Below, in pieces: positions 40,145 to 48,759 of a stretch of DNA of 48,759 nucleotides. Each line of letters opens with the position of its first letter. Position 1 is the stretch's first letter. The stretch spans positions 1-48,759 of the forward strand of contig JAKAPH010000001.1 of NCBI GenBank assembly GCA_021807265.1, written 5' to 3'. Position numbers and translations under genes: made by a program. The notes beneath the pieces are model-generated. The model searched no databases. It was not told the DNA's origin and was given only the letters and a program-made list of their open reading frames with translations. The stretch is from Actinomycetes bacterium. Its GTDB lineage: Bacteria; Actinomycetota; Acidimicrobiia; Acidimicrobiales; RAAP-2.

Positions 40145-41541
40145 GGACGAGCCGACGCCCGGACGACCGGCGTGAGCGCGGTGCCGTCGCGTTCGCGCCA
40201 CGCCCCGAGCCAGACACCGACGCCGTAGGCGGCGTCGTCGGCCAGCGCGAGGGGCACGTCGCGCGCGTCGACCCGGCCGCGGCCGCGCCAGCGCCACAGG
40301 GTGCCGACGGCGACGACGACTGCCACACGGCGCCGCAAGCGTGGCACGAGGGCGGCGGCGACGAGGAGCGGCGCGTAGGTGCGAACGAGGGCGCGGGCGA
40401 CGCCCCCGGCGTTGCCGGCAATCGCGCGCGCGACGAGCCGTGCGACGAGCGCTCGACGACCCTCGAGGTCGGTCGGCACCTGTCGGTCGATCCGTCGCGC
40501 GAGGATGGCCGCGCCCGCGGCGGCGAGCAGAGGGCTACCGGTGACGAGCCCGGCGAGCACCGGCACCGTCGCCTCGTCGAGCACGACGGGGGCGAGGCGG
40601 GTGCCGTGGCGCCGCGCGAGGGTGGCGGCCGACGTCCCGTAGGTAACGCGCTGGCGCCACCAGGCGCGCCACGTCGAGCGCGGGTGGTGCCCGACCACGA
40701 GGTCCGCGTCGTAGCGCACGAGCCAACCGGCGTCGCAGAGGCGCCAGACGAGGTCGACGTCCTCGCCGACGCGCAGGGTTTCGTCGAAGCCCCCGGCGAA
40801 GGCCGCACGGCGCACGAGCAGGCACGCGCTCGGTACGTAGCTGCGCGTTGTCTGGGGTGCGACCAGTCCGCCGACGCGACCCAGGTCGAGGGGGCCGTTC
40901 ACCCGCTCGAACCGGGCACGGCCACCCGTGCCGCGCGCACCGCGCACGCGCGGGGCAACTGCGCCGACGCGGGGATCGCGACCCGAGGCGAGAAGCCGGG
41001 CGGCCAGGGCGCGTGCGTCCTCGAGGTCGACGTCGACGTCGATGAACCAGAGCCAGGGCGCGCTTGTCGCGCTCGCTCCCGCGTTGCGCGCAGCGGCGGG
41101 TCCGCGGTTCGCCTCGAGGCGCACGAGACGCGCGCCGTGATCCGTCGCGCACCGGGCAATCGCGACCGGGTCATTCGAGCCGTCGTCGACGACGGTCACG
41201 GCGAAACCCGCCAGCGTGCCGAGGAGCCGGTCGAGCGCCACGGTATCGTCGTGGACCGGCACGACCACCTCAAGGTCGTCGCGGTCCCAGTCCGGGTCGA
41301 AGCGGGGGCGCGCGAGCCCCCGGTCGATGAGGATCCGCGCGAGCTGCTGGTCGGGCGCGCCGAGGGGTGCGCCCTCGCGCCAGCGCGCCACCGAGGCGCG
41401 CGCGTGGTCGCTCAGACGAACGAGGCGCCACGGGGTGCCGCCGGCGAGCACGTCCGCCGACAGCGCCGTCGCGTCAGCGAGGTCCAGTACGGCGCCCTCG
41501 GGCAACGGGGCGGGCGTTTGAGCCGGTATGGGCGCGGGCAC
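40141..41541 (-). CDS. mftF: mycofactocin glycosyltransferase
   Basis: GGTPWRLVRLS, VVDDGS, GPAAARN, YVPSACLLVRR, GEDVDLVWRL, YGTSAA.LARRH. Confidence 0.9.
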   Translation of the reverse strand: MPAPIPAQTPAPLPEGAVLDLADATALSADVLAGGTPWRLVRLSDHARASVARWREGAPLGAPDQQLARILIDRGLARPRFDPDWDRDDLEVVVPVHDDTVALDRLLGTLAGFAVTVVDDGSNDPVAIARCATDHGARLVRLEANRGPAAARNAGASATSAPWLWFIDVDVDLEDARALAARLLASGRDPRVGAVAPRVRGARGTGGRARFERVNGPLDLGRVGGLVAPQTTRSYVPSACLLVRRAAFAGGFDETLRVGEDVDLVWRLCDAGWLVRYDADLVVGHHPRSTWRAWWRQRVTYGTSAATLARRHGTRLAPVVLDEATVPVLAGLVTGSPLLAAAGAAILARRIDRQVPTDLEGRRALVARLVARAIAGNAGGVARALVRTYAPLLVAAALVPRLRRRVAVVVAVGTLWRWRGRGRVDARDVPLALADDAAYGVGVWLGAWRERDGTALTPVVRASARP

Positions 41542-41612
41542 GAAAGGAGTCTGACAGACCCCTAGCGAGCGGGACGCGGAGACGACAGAATGGGGAGGTT
41601 CGAGGAGGAACC

Positions 41613-41735
41613 GTGCCGACCGAGACGTTGATCGCCACCGAAGACGTGGACGCTGAAGAGATTGAGGAGATTGAGGAGATCGTCGATCTGCTCGTCGAAG
41701 AGGTATCCATCGACGGTCTCTGCGGCGTCTACTAA
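41613..41735 (+). CDS. mftA: mycofactocin precursor peptide (40 aa)
   Basis: GAGGAGG RBS, GTG start, C-terminus LLVEEVSIDGLCGVY. Confidence 0.93.
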   Translation: MPTETLIATEDVDAEEIEEIEEIVDLLVEEVSIDGLCGVY

Positions 41736-41739
41736 CTCC

Positions 41740-42018
41740 GTGGCCGACGAACCTCGGCCGTTCTCGCGCAGTGCACCATGGTCGCTCAGCGACGAGGTGT
41801 CCCTGCGCGACGAGTCATTCGGTGCGCTCGCGTACCACCACGGCACGCGCCGACTCGTGTTCGTGAAGTCGCCGGCGCTCGTGGACGTGTTGCGCCGTCT
41901 CGGTGAGTACCACAGCGTGGACGACGCGCTGTGCGCGCTGGTCGAACCGGCAGAGCACGATCGCTTCGCGAACGCCCTCGAGTCCCTCGCGCGTTCGGAG
42001 ATCCTCAGTGGGCGCTGA
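41740..42018 (+). CDS. mftB: mycofactocin chaperone (RRE/PqqD-like)
   Basis: VSLRDESFGALAYHHGTRRLVFVKS. Confidence 0.9.
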   Translation: MADEPRPFSRSAPWSLSDEVSLRDESFGALAYHHGTRRLVFVKSPALVDVLRRLGEYHSVDDALCALVEPAEHDRFANALESLARSEILSGR

Positions 42019-43135
42019 CTCGTCATTGCGCAGCCGGTTCGAACGGGGACTCGACGCACCGATCTGCCTGACTTGGGAGCTGACCTACGCCTGCAACATG
42101 TCGTGCTCGCACTGCCTGTCGGCCTCGGGACGCCGCGATCCGCGCGAACTCACGACCGACGAGGCCCGGGCCTTCATCGACGAGGTGGCCGCGATGCAGG
42201 TCTTCTACATCAACGTCGGCGGCGGCGAACCCATGATCCGTCGGGACTTCTTCGACCTGATCGGCTACGCCGTCGGCCAGGGCGTTGGCGTCAAGTTCTC
42301 GACCAACGGCACGCGCATCGACGCCGGCGCGGCGCGTCGACTCGCGGCGATGGACTACCTCGACGTCCAGGTCTCCCTCGACGGCGCCGACGCGCCGACC
42401 AACGACCGGCTGCGCGGGGCGGGCAGCTACGCCGCCGCGCGGCGCGCCATGGAGCACCTCGCCGACGCCAACTTCGGCGAGTTCAAGATCTCGGTCGTCG
42501 TCACGCGCGAGAACGTGGCTCAACTCGACGATTTCGCGGCCATCGCCGCGCACTACGGAGCCCAGCTGCGACTCACCCGGCTGCGGCCCTCGGGCCGCGG
42601 GGTCGACGCGTGGGCCGACCTGCACCCCACGCGCGAGCAGAACCGGACGCTCTACCACTGGCTGGTCGAGCACCCGCTCGTCTTGACCGGCGACTCGTTC
42701 TTTCACCTCTCGCCCCTCGGTGCACCGCTCGACGGGCTGAACCTCTGCGGGGCCGGGCGGGTGGTCTGTCTCGTCGATCCTGTCGGCGACGTGTACGCCT
42801 GCCCCTTCGTCATCCACGAGCGATTCCGCGCGGGCACCATCCGCGACGGCGGCTTCGTGGCGGTCTGGCGCGACAGCGAGCTCTTCGCCGAGCTGCGCGA
42901 GCCGGGCAGCGCCGGCGCGTGTTCGGCGTGTGGCTCGTACGACGCGTGCCGTGGCGGCTGCATGGCGGCGAAGTTCTTCACGGGCCTCGAGCTCGACGAT
43001 CCCGATCCCGAGTGCGTCTTCGGCCTCGGCGAAGAGGCACTGGCGAGCCACCCGGTGACGATCCGGCCCCGACCGACCCCCGACCACTCGCGCGTGCGCA
43101 TCCCCGTTCACAGCTCGGTCGCGAGGCTCGGATAG
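42008..43135 (+). CDS. mftC: mycofactocin radical SAM maturase
   Basis: GLDAPICLTWELTYACNMSCSHC, SPASM Cys motifs, GGCMAAKFFTG. Confidence 0.95.
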   Translation: MGADSSLRSRFERGLDAPICLTWELTYACNMSCSHCLSASGRRDPRELTTDEARAFIDEVAAMQVFYINVGGGEPMIRRDFFDLIGYAVGQGVGVKFSTNGTRIDAGAARRLAAMDYLDVQVSLDGADAPTNDRLRGAGSYAAARRAMEHLADANFGEFKISVVVTRENVAQLDDFAAIAAHYGAQLRLTRLRPSGRGVDAWADLHPTREQNRTLYHWLVEHPLVLTGDSFFHLSPLGAPLDGLNLCGAGRVVCLVDPVGDVYACPFVIHERFRAGTIRDGGFVAVWRDSELFAELREPGSAGACSACGSYDACRGGCMAAKFFTGLELDDPDPECVFGLGEEALASHPVTIRPRPTPDHSRVRIPVHSSVARLG

Positions 43136-43160
43136 TCTCGGCTCGAGTCCAGGGGGTGGC

Positions 43161-44333
43161 GTGACAAACAGGTGGTTCGAGACCGTCGCGATCGCGCAGC
43201 GTCGGGCCGAGCGACGCCTCCCGCGATCGGTCTACGGTGCGCTCGTCGCCGGCTCGGAGAAGGGCCTCACCGCCGCGGACAACCTCGCCGCCTTCGACGA
43301 GCTCGGCTTCGCCCCGCACGTCGCGGGCCTCGCGCCCCAGCGCGACCAGACGACGACCGTGCTCGGCCAGACACTCTCGATGCCGGTGCTGCTCTCGCCG
43401 ACCGGGGTCCAGGCCGTGCACCCCGAGGGCGAGGTCGCCGTCGCGCGCGCCGCGGCGAACCGGGGCGTCGCCATGGGGCTCAGTTCCTTCGCGAGCCAGC
43501 CCATCGAGGCCGTGACCGCGAGCCGCGCCCCGGTGCTCTTTCAGCTCTACTGGTCGGGCTCGCGCGAGACGATGGTGCGCCGACTCGAGCGCGCCCGGGC
43601 CGCCGGCGCGGTCGGGATCATCCTCACCCTCGACTGGTCCTTCGCCAACGGGCGGGACTGGGGGAGCCCCTGGATCCCCGAGCGCATGAGCCTGCGCGCC
43701 ATGGTCCGCCTCGCGCCCGAGGCACTGTCGCGGCCGGGCTGGACGTGGTCCTACCTCAAGACCGGCCACGTCCCGGCGCTCACGACGCCCAACGTGGCCG
43801 AGCCCGGCGCCCCGGCGCCGTCGTTCTTCGGGGCCTACTACGAGTGGATGCAGAGCCCGCCGGCCAGCTGGGCCGACGTGGCGTGGCTGCGCAGCCAGTG
43901 GGACGGGCCGTTCATGGTCAAGGGCGTCAGCCGCGTCGATGACGCCAAGCGCGTCGTCGACACGGGCGCGAGCGCGCTCTCGGTCTCCAACCACGGCGGC
44001 AACAATCTCGACGGGACGCCCGCGGCCATTCGCTGGCTGCCCGCGGTCGCCGACGCGGTGGGCGGCGACCTCGAGGTCCTGCTCGACGGCGGGGTGCGCC
44101 GCGGCAGCGACGTCGTGAAGGCCCTCGCGCTCGGCGCACGCGCGGTGATGATCGGGCGCGCCTACCTCTGGGGTTTGGCGGCCAACGGCCAGGCCGGCGT
44201 CGAGAACGTGCTCGACGTGCTGCGCGGCGGCATCGACTCGACCCTGCTCGCCCTCGGCCGCTCGAGCGTGGGCGAGCTCTCCCGCGACGACGTCCTCGTG
44301 CCGTCGGGCTTTACGCGGAGCGTGAACCCGTGA
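43161..44333 (+). CDS. mftD: pre-mycofactocin synthase (FMN alpha-hydroxy acid dehydrogenase family)
   Basis: WFETVAIAQRRA, RDWGSP, SNHGGNNLDG, DGGVRRGSD. Confidence 0.93.
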   Translation: MTNRWFETVAIAQRRAERRLPRSVYGALVAGSEKGLTAADNLAAFDELGFAPHVAGLAPQRDQTTTVLGQTLSMPVLLSPTGVQAVHPEGEVAVARAAANRGVAMGLSSFASQPIEAVTASRAPVLFQLYWSGSRETMVRRLERARAAGAVGIILTLDWSFANGRDWGSPWIPERMSLRAMVRLAPEALSRPGWTWSYLKTGHVPALTTPNVAEPGAPAPSFFGAYYEWMQSPPASWADVAWLRSQWDGPFMVKGVSRVDDAKRVVDTGASALSVSNHGGNNLDGTPAAIRWLPAVADAVGGDLEVLLDGGVRRGSDVVKALALGARAVMIGRAYLWGLAANGQAGVENVLDVLRGGIDSTLLALGRSSVGELSRDDVLVPSGFTRSVNP

Positions 44334-45115
44334 GTCGCGTCGCTATCGTGACGGGCGCCGCGCGTGGCATCGGCGCGGCGACCGTTGACGCGCTCGTGAA
44401 CGAGGGCTACCGCGTCGTCGCGGTCGATCGCTGCCGTGACATCGCCGAGGTGCCCTATCCGATGGCGAGCCCGGCCGACCTGGACGCGGTCGTCTCGCGC
44501 CACGGTGACGCGGTGCTCGGGCTCGTCGGGGACGTGCGCAGCGCGACCGACATGGGACTGGCCGTCGAGATCGCCACCCGTCACTTCGGCACGCTCGACG
44601 CCGTCGTCGCCGCGGCCGGGGTGCTCGCCGCGGGCGGACCGATCTGGAGCATTACCGACGGCGCGTGGGACGCCGTGTGGTCGGTCAACGTGCTCGGCGT
44701 GCGGCGCCTCGTCGAGGCCGCGGCGCCGGTCCTGATCACCCGCGGGGCGCCGGCCAGTCCGCGGATCGTCGCGGTCGCCTCGGCCGCGGGCACCCAGGGG
44801 CTGCGCCACCTGGCCGCCTACTCGGCGGCCAAGCACGCCGTCGTGGGGCTGATCCGCGCCGCGGCGATGGACCTCGCCGAGTACGGGGTCACCGCCAACG
44901 TGGTGAGCCCCGGTTCGACGCGCACCGCGATCCTCGAGGCGTCCGCGCAGGTCTACGGTCTCGAGTCGGGCGCCGCCTTCGCCGCCCAGCAGCCGATCGG
45001 CCGGCTGATCGAGCCCGCCGAGGTCGCCGCGACGATCGCCTGGCTCTGCTCGCCGACCTCCTCGGCGATGACCGGCGCCGACGTCGCGGTCGACGGTGGG
45101 ATGACTGTTTCCTAG
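44330..45115 (+). CDS. mycofactocin-coupled SDR oxidoreductase
   Basis: TGAARGIG, VDRCRD..EVPYPMASPADL insertion typical of mft-linked SDRs, YSAAKH. Confidence 0.88.
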   Translation: MSRVAIVTGAARGIGAATVDALVNEGYRVVAVDRCRDIAEVPYPMASPADLDAVVSRHGDAVLGLVGDVRSATDMGLAVEIATRHFGTLDAVVAAAGVLAAGGPIWSITDGAWDAVWSVNVLGVRRLVEAAAPVLITRGAPASPRIVAVASAAGTQGLRHLAAYSAAKHAVVGLIRAAAMDLAEYGVTANVVSPGSTRTAILEASAQVYGLESGAAFAAQQPIGRLIEPAEVAATIAWLCSPTSSAMTGADVAVDGGMTVS

Positions 45116-45178
45116 GCGGGTCCCCGCTGCACTAGCGTTCTTCGCGCGGCAAATGCCGCTAGTGAATCGAGGTCCTAA

Positions 45179-46636
45179 TTGTCCGAATTCCACGTGCCAC
45201 GCCGCGTCGTCATCCTCGGAGCCGGTTCGGTGGCCCAGTGCCTCCTGCCGCTCCTGCTCGACCGCTTCCCCCTCGATCCCACGTCGGTCACGGTGCTCGA
45301 GAGCCGCGACAACCGGGCGCGCCTCGCGTCCTCGATCGAACGGGGCGTGCGCTACGAGTCGCTGACGATCACCCCGGAGAACCTCACGGACGTCCTGTCG
45401 ACGTACCTCGGTGACGGCGACCTCCTGATCGACCTGGCCTGGAACATCGGACTCACGGAGCTGCTCGACTGGTGCCGGGAGCACAACGTGCGCTACCTGA
45501 ACACCTCGGTCGAGGTGTGGGACCCCTACGACGACCCCGGTTCGGTCTCGCCCCAGGACCGCACCCTCTACTGGCGCCACATGGCGCTGCGCCGCCAGAT
45601 CGCGCGCTGGGGTTCGAACGACGGCCCGTCGGCCGTGGTCGAGCACGGTGCCAACCCCGGCCTCGTGAGCCACTTCGTCAAGCAGGCCCTCGTCGAGATC
45701 GCCACGGCGGTCCTCGCCGACGGACTGCTCGGCGAGCGCCGCGGCGAGATCGAGGCCGCGCTCGACGCCGAGGCGTTCAACGAGCTCGCCCGACTGCTCG
45801 ACGTGAAGACGATCCACGTCGCCGAGCGCGACACCCAGGTGAGCCGCGAGCCCAAGCGCGTCGGCGAGTTCGTCAACACCTGGTCGGTCGACGGGTTCTA
45901 CGAGGAGGGCGTGGCCCCCGCGGAGATGGGCTGGGGCACCCACGAGAAGCGGCTTCCGCCCCTGGGCCTCGCCCACGAGGGCGAGGGCCCGCTCAACCAG
46001 ATCTGCCTGGCCCAGATGGCCCACCAGACGATCGTCCGCTCGGTCGTCCCCTCGGGGCCGATCATCGGCATGGTCATCCGCCACGGCGAGTCCTTCACGA
46101 TCTGTGACCACCTCACCGTCTGGCGCGACGGCGTCGCGGTGTACCGGCCGACCGTGCACTACGCCTACTGCCCGACCGACGCAGCCTGGGCGAGCTTCGT
46201 CGAGCTCGAGGGCGCGCAGTACCAGTACCCCGAGGTCCAGCGGATCATGAACGACGACATCATCGAGGGTCGCGACGAGCTCGGCGTCTTGCTGATGGGT
46301 CACCCCTACGGCTCCTGGTGGACCGGGATGCGCACCACGATCGACGAGGCGCGCGCCGTCGCGCCCCACCAGAGTGCGACGACGATCCAGGTCGCGGCCT
46401 CGATCCTCGGCGCGATCGACTGGTTACTGCGCGCGCCCCGCGAGGGCGTGCGCGTGCCCGACGAGCTACCGTGGCGCGACGTGATCGCGGTCGCGACCCC
46501 CTACGTGGGCACGACCTGGTCGGGCCCGATCGACTGGGACCCGGTCTCGACCCACGCCGACTGGTTCGACCGCTGGTCGGGCCGTGAACTCGACCACGAC
46601 GACCCGTGGCAGTTCACCAACTTCCTCGTGCGCTGA
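45179..46636 (+). CDS. hss: homospermidine synthase
   Basis: GAGSV, HGANPGLVSHFVKQAL, IHVAERDTQ, FVNTWSVDGF, RPTVHYAY, GRDELGVLLMGH; start uncertain. Confidence 0.88.
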   Translation: MSEFHVPRRVVILGAGSVAQCLLPLLLDRFPLDPTSVTVLESRDNRARLASSIERGVRYESLTITPENLTDVLSTYLGDGDLLIDLAWNIGLTELLDWCREHNVRYLNTSVEVWDPYDDPGSVSPQDRTLYWRHMALRRQIARWGSNDGPSAVVEHGANPGLVSHFVKQALVEIATAVLADGLLGERRGEIEAALDAEAFNELARLLDVKTIHVAERDTQVSREPKRVGEFVNTWSVDGFYEEGVAPAEMGWGTHEKRLPPLGLAHEGEGPLNQICLAQMAHQTIVRSVVPSGPIIGMVIRHGESFTICDHLTVWRDGVAVYRPTVHYAYCPTDAAWASFVELEGAQYQYPEVQRIMNDDIIEGRDELGVLLMGHPYGSWWTGMRTTIDEARAVAPHQSATTIQVAASILGAIDWLLRAPREGVRVPDELPWRDVIAVATPYVGTTWSGPIDWDPVSTHADWFDRWSGRELDHDDPWQFTNFLVR

Positions 46637-46707
46637 GAATCGCCCGCCGACGAGCCCGGCGATCACCCACCATCCGCGGCGGAAACCGCCCGGTGCCCGA
46701 CCAGCAC

Positions 46708-46761
46708 ATACCCCTCGGGGGTATCGACGCGCTTGCGTCGTCATACCCCAGGGGGTATACT
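46708..46761 (+). promoter_or_regulatory. twin CsoR/CstR-type operators overlapping a sigma-A promoter
   Basis: ATACCCC-TCG-GGGGTAT (46708-46724), ATACCCC-AG-GGGGTAT (46743-46758); TTGCGT(46733-38)-N17-TATACT(46756-61). Confidence 0.85.
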
Positions 46762-46816
46762 GGCCAGGTACCTCGCCAGCGAGGTGGGGGGCTGTATCCG
46801 TTGAAGGGGCGTCGCT

Positions 46817-48274
46817 ATGGCACGAGTGGTGATATTGGGGGCCGGCATCTCGGGACACACGGCGGCGCTGCACCTACGACGACGACTGGGGCGTAGCCAC
46901 GAAGTCGTGATGGTCACGCCGAACTCGAAGTGGAACTGGATCCCGTCGAACATCTGGGTCGGCGTGGGCAAGATGACGACCGAGGACGTGACCTTCGCGC
47001 TGGCGCCGATCTACAAGCGCAAGGGCATCACCTTCCACCAGGCGCTCGCGACCGAGCTGCACCCTGAGGGCTCCGCGGAGATCGACCAGCCCTATGTAAC
47101 AGTTCGCTACACCGATCCCAAGCGGCTCGACGAGGTCGACACGATCACCTACGACTACCTCATCAACGCGACCGGGCCCAAGCTCAACTTCGCCGCGACG
47201 CCCGGCCTCGGGCCCGACGGCAACACGGTCTCGGTCTGCACGCCGGCGCACGCGGTGCAGGCCTCCGAAGCGCTCGCACAGGCCATCGCCAAGATGCGCC
47301 AGGGCCAGCGCCAGCGCCTCGTGGTCGGCGTCGGCCACGGCACGTGCACCTGCGAAGGCGCGGCCTTCGAGTACACGTTCAACGTCGAGCACGAGATCCG
47401 CATGGCGGGCGTGCGCGATATGGCCGACGTGACCTACCTGACCAACGAGTACGAGCTGGGCGACTTCGGCGTCGGCGGGATGGTATTCACTCAGAACGGC
47501 TTCGAGACCACGAGCAAGCTCTGGACCGAGTCGCTCTTCCGCGAGCGTGACGTGAAGGCCGTCGTCCAGGCCCACGTCGAGCAGATCGAGCCCGGCGTCA
47601 TCCACTACGAGCAGCTCGACGGCACGAAGAACGAGCTGCCGTTCGACTTCGCGATGCTGCTGCCCCCGTTCCGGGGCGTCGACCTCAAGGCCTTCGACCG
47701 CGCCGGCGAAGACATCACGAGCGAGGTCTTCCTCGCGAGCGGCTTTATGAAGGTGGACGCCAACTACGAGGCCAAGCCCTACGGCGAGTGGAGCGCCGCC
47801 GACTGGCCGCGCACCTACGAGTCGAGCCGCTTCGCGAACATCTTCGCCGTCGGCATCGCCTTCGCCCCGCCCCACCAGATCTCCCAGCCGCGCAAGAGCG
47901 AGAATGGCACCGTCATCACGCCCTCGCCGCCGCGCACCGGGATGCCGTCGGGGGTCATGGGCAAGACGGCGGCGCTGACCATCGTCGACCGGATCACCAA
48001 CGGCCCGACATCGCGATCGCGCGAGGCCTCGATGGCCGACATGGGCGCGGCCTGTGTCGCGTCCTCGGGGATGGGGCTTCGCCGCGGCACGGCGGCTTCG
48101 ATGACCATGTACCCGGTCGTGCCGGACTACGAACGCTTCCCGGCCACGGGTCGCAGCACCAAGGACACCTTCGGTGAGATCGGCCTCGCGGGGCACTGGA
48201 TCAAGTACATGCTCCACGTGCTCTTCCTCTACAAGGCCAAGGCCCGCCCGCTCTGGTACCTGATCCCCGAATAG
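46817..48274 (+). CDS. sqr: sulfide:quinone oxidoreductase-like FAD enzyme
   Basis: GAGISG, WIPSNIWVGVG, INATGP, three SQR-type Cys (SVCT, CEGAAFEY, ACVAS), PRTGMP. Confidence 0.82.
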   Translation: MARVVILGAGISGHTAALHLRRRLGRSHEVVMVTPNSKWNWIPSNIWVGVGKMTTEDVTFALAPIYKRKGITFHQALATELHPEGSAEIDQPYVTVRYTDPKRLDEVDTITYDYLINATGPKLNFAATPGLGPDGNTVSVCTPAHAVQASEALAQAIAKMRQGQRQRLVVGVGHGTCTCEGAAFEYTFNVEHEIRMAGVRDMADVTYLTNEYELGDFGVGGMVFTQNGFETTSKLWTESLFRERDVKAVVQAHVEQIEPGVIHYEQLDGTKNELPFDFAMLLPPFRGVDLKAFDRAGEDITSEVFLASGFMKVDANYEAKPYGEWSAADWPRTYESSRFANIFAVGIAFAPPHQISQPRKSENGTVITPSPPRTGMPSGVMGKTAALTIVDRITNGPTSRSREASMADMGAACVASSGMGLRRGTAASMTMYPVVPDYERFPATGRSTKDTFGEIGLAGHWIKYMLHVLFLYKAKARPLWYLIPE

Positions 48275-48296
48275 TCGCGAACGAAGGAGAACCCTC

Positions 48297-48443
48297 ATGG
48301 ACAACGCAGTTGCTGACATCAAGAACTCACCGCTGCCGACGGCCCAGACGCTTCGTCGGCGCAACCACATCGCATTCCAGCTGTGGCGATTCGTCGCACT
48401 CAACGTGCGCTTCGTCACGATGATCTTCAAGGGAGACCACTAA
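48297..48443 (+). CDS. 48-aa basic/amphipathic small protein between sqr and regulator
   Basis: AAGGAGA RBS; MDNAVADIKNSPLPTAQTLRRRNHIAFQLWRFVALNVRFVTMIFKGDH; stop overlaps next ATG (TAATG). Confidence 0.75.
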   Translation: MDNAVADIKNSPLPTAQTLRRRNHIAFQLWRFVALNVRFVTMIFKGDH

Positions 48444-48751
48444 TGCCCAAGGCAGTAACCCACGCGGGCGGCGACGTCGAGTCGCACGTCCTGCACGACC
48501 AAGCCCAGCTCCACGCCATCGTGACCCGGCTCAAACGGGCCCACGGCCAGATGGGCGCCGTGGTGCGCATGCTGGAGGAGGGGCGTTCCTGCGAGGACGT
48601 CATCACGCAGATGGCGGCGGTGAACAAGGCCGTCAACACCGCTGCGTTCACCCTCATCTCATCGAGTCTGAAGGAGTGCATCATCGATCCCACGATCGAC
48701 TCCGACGACGTCACCACGAAACTACAAAAGCTCTTTTTGAGCCTGGCCTAA
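48443..48751 (+). CDS. CsoR/RcnR-family repressor, CstR-like persulfide sensor
   Basis: RLKRAHGQMGAVVRMLEEGRSCEDVITQMAAV...SLKEC; two Cys, no Cu-ligand His. Confidence 0.85.
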   Translation: MPKAVTHAGGDVESHVLHDQAQLHAIVTRLKRAHGQMGAVVRMLEEGRSCEDVITQMAAVNKAVNTAAFTLISSSLKECIIDPTIDSDDVTTKLQKLFLSLA

Positions 48752-48759
48752 GGAGAAAC

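Noticed and set aside
44162-46369. Long antisense/alternate-frame ORFs (also 39394-41565, 36270-38141, 33342-35027, 26629-28533, 7762-9507, 67-966)
   Set aside because: Shadows of clearly recognisable genes; stop-codon scarcity in GC-rich DNA; no motifs

Overview
GC-rich actinobacterial chromosome segment; gene content and style suggest Acidimicrobiia, which is an inference. It is mostly densely packed housekeeping and redox/nitrogen/sulfur metabolism. In order: SCO-family gene (truncated), dGTPase-like HD protein, DUF3107-PHP phosphatase-pdtaS convergent with whiB1, GDPD, etfBA, MFS, SIMPL, an FrhB-like/MSMEG_4193/DUF3090/SCO1664 operon, Fpg/Nei glycosylase, tyrosine phenol-lyase, DedA, a secreted beta-propeller protein, a GlnA4-type amine gamma-glutamylation cluster, bcp, DEAD-box helicase plus PIG-L deacetylase, a transporter-rich accessory block, acnA, argS, a mycofactocin cluster (adh, mftF, mftA-D, SDR; no mftE), homospermidine synthase, and a sulfide-response operon at the right end. 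Most notable: (1) the sqr operon carries an unlisted 48-aa ORF and a His-less CsoR/CstR-type repressor, with twin palindromic operators over a sigma-A promoter; (2) a ~950-bp transposase-free cassette after argS is bounded by 33-bp inverted repeats and a possible 7-bp target duplication; (3) at least ten genes show a -10 hexamer exactly 6 nt before the start codon (leaderless architecture). No rRNA, tRNA or CRISPR array was seen. All family calls come from motif recognition, not database searches.
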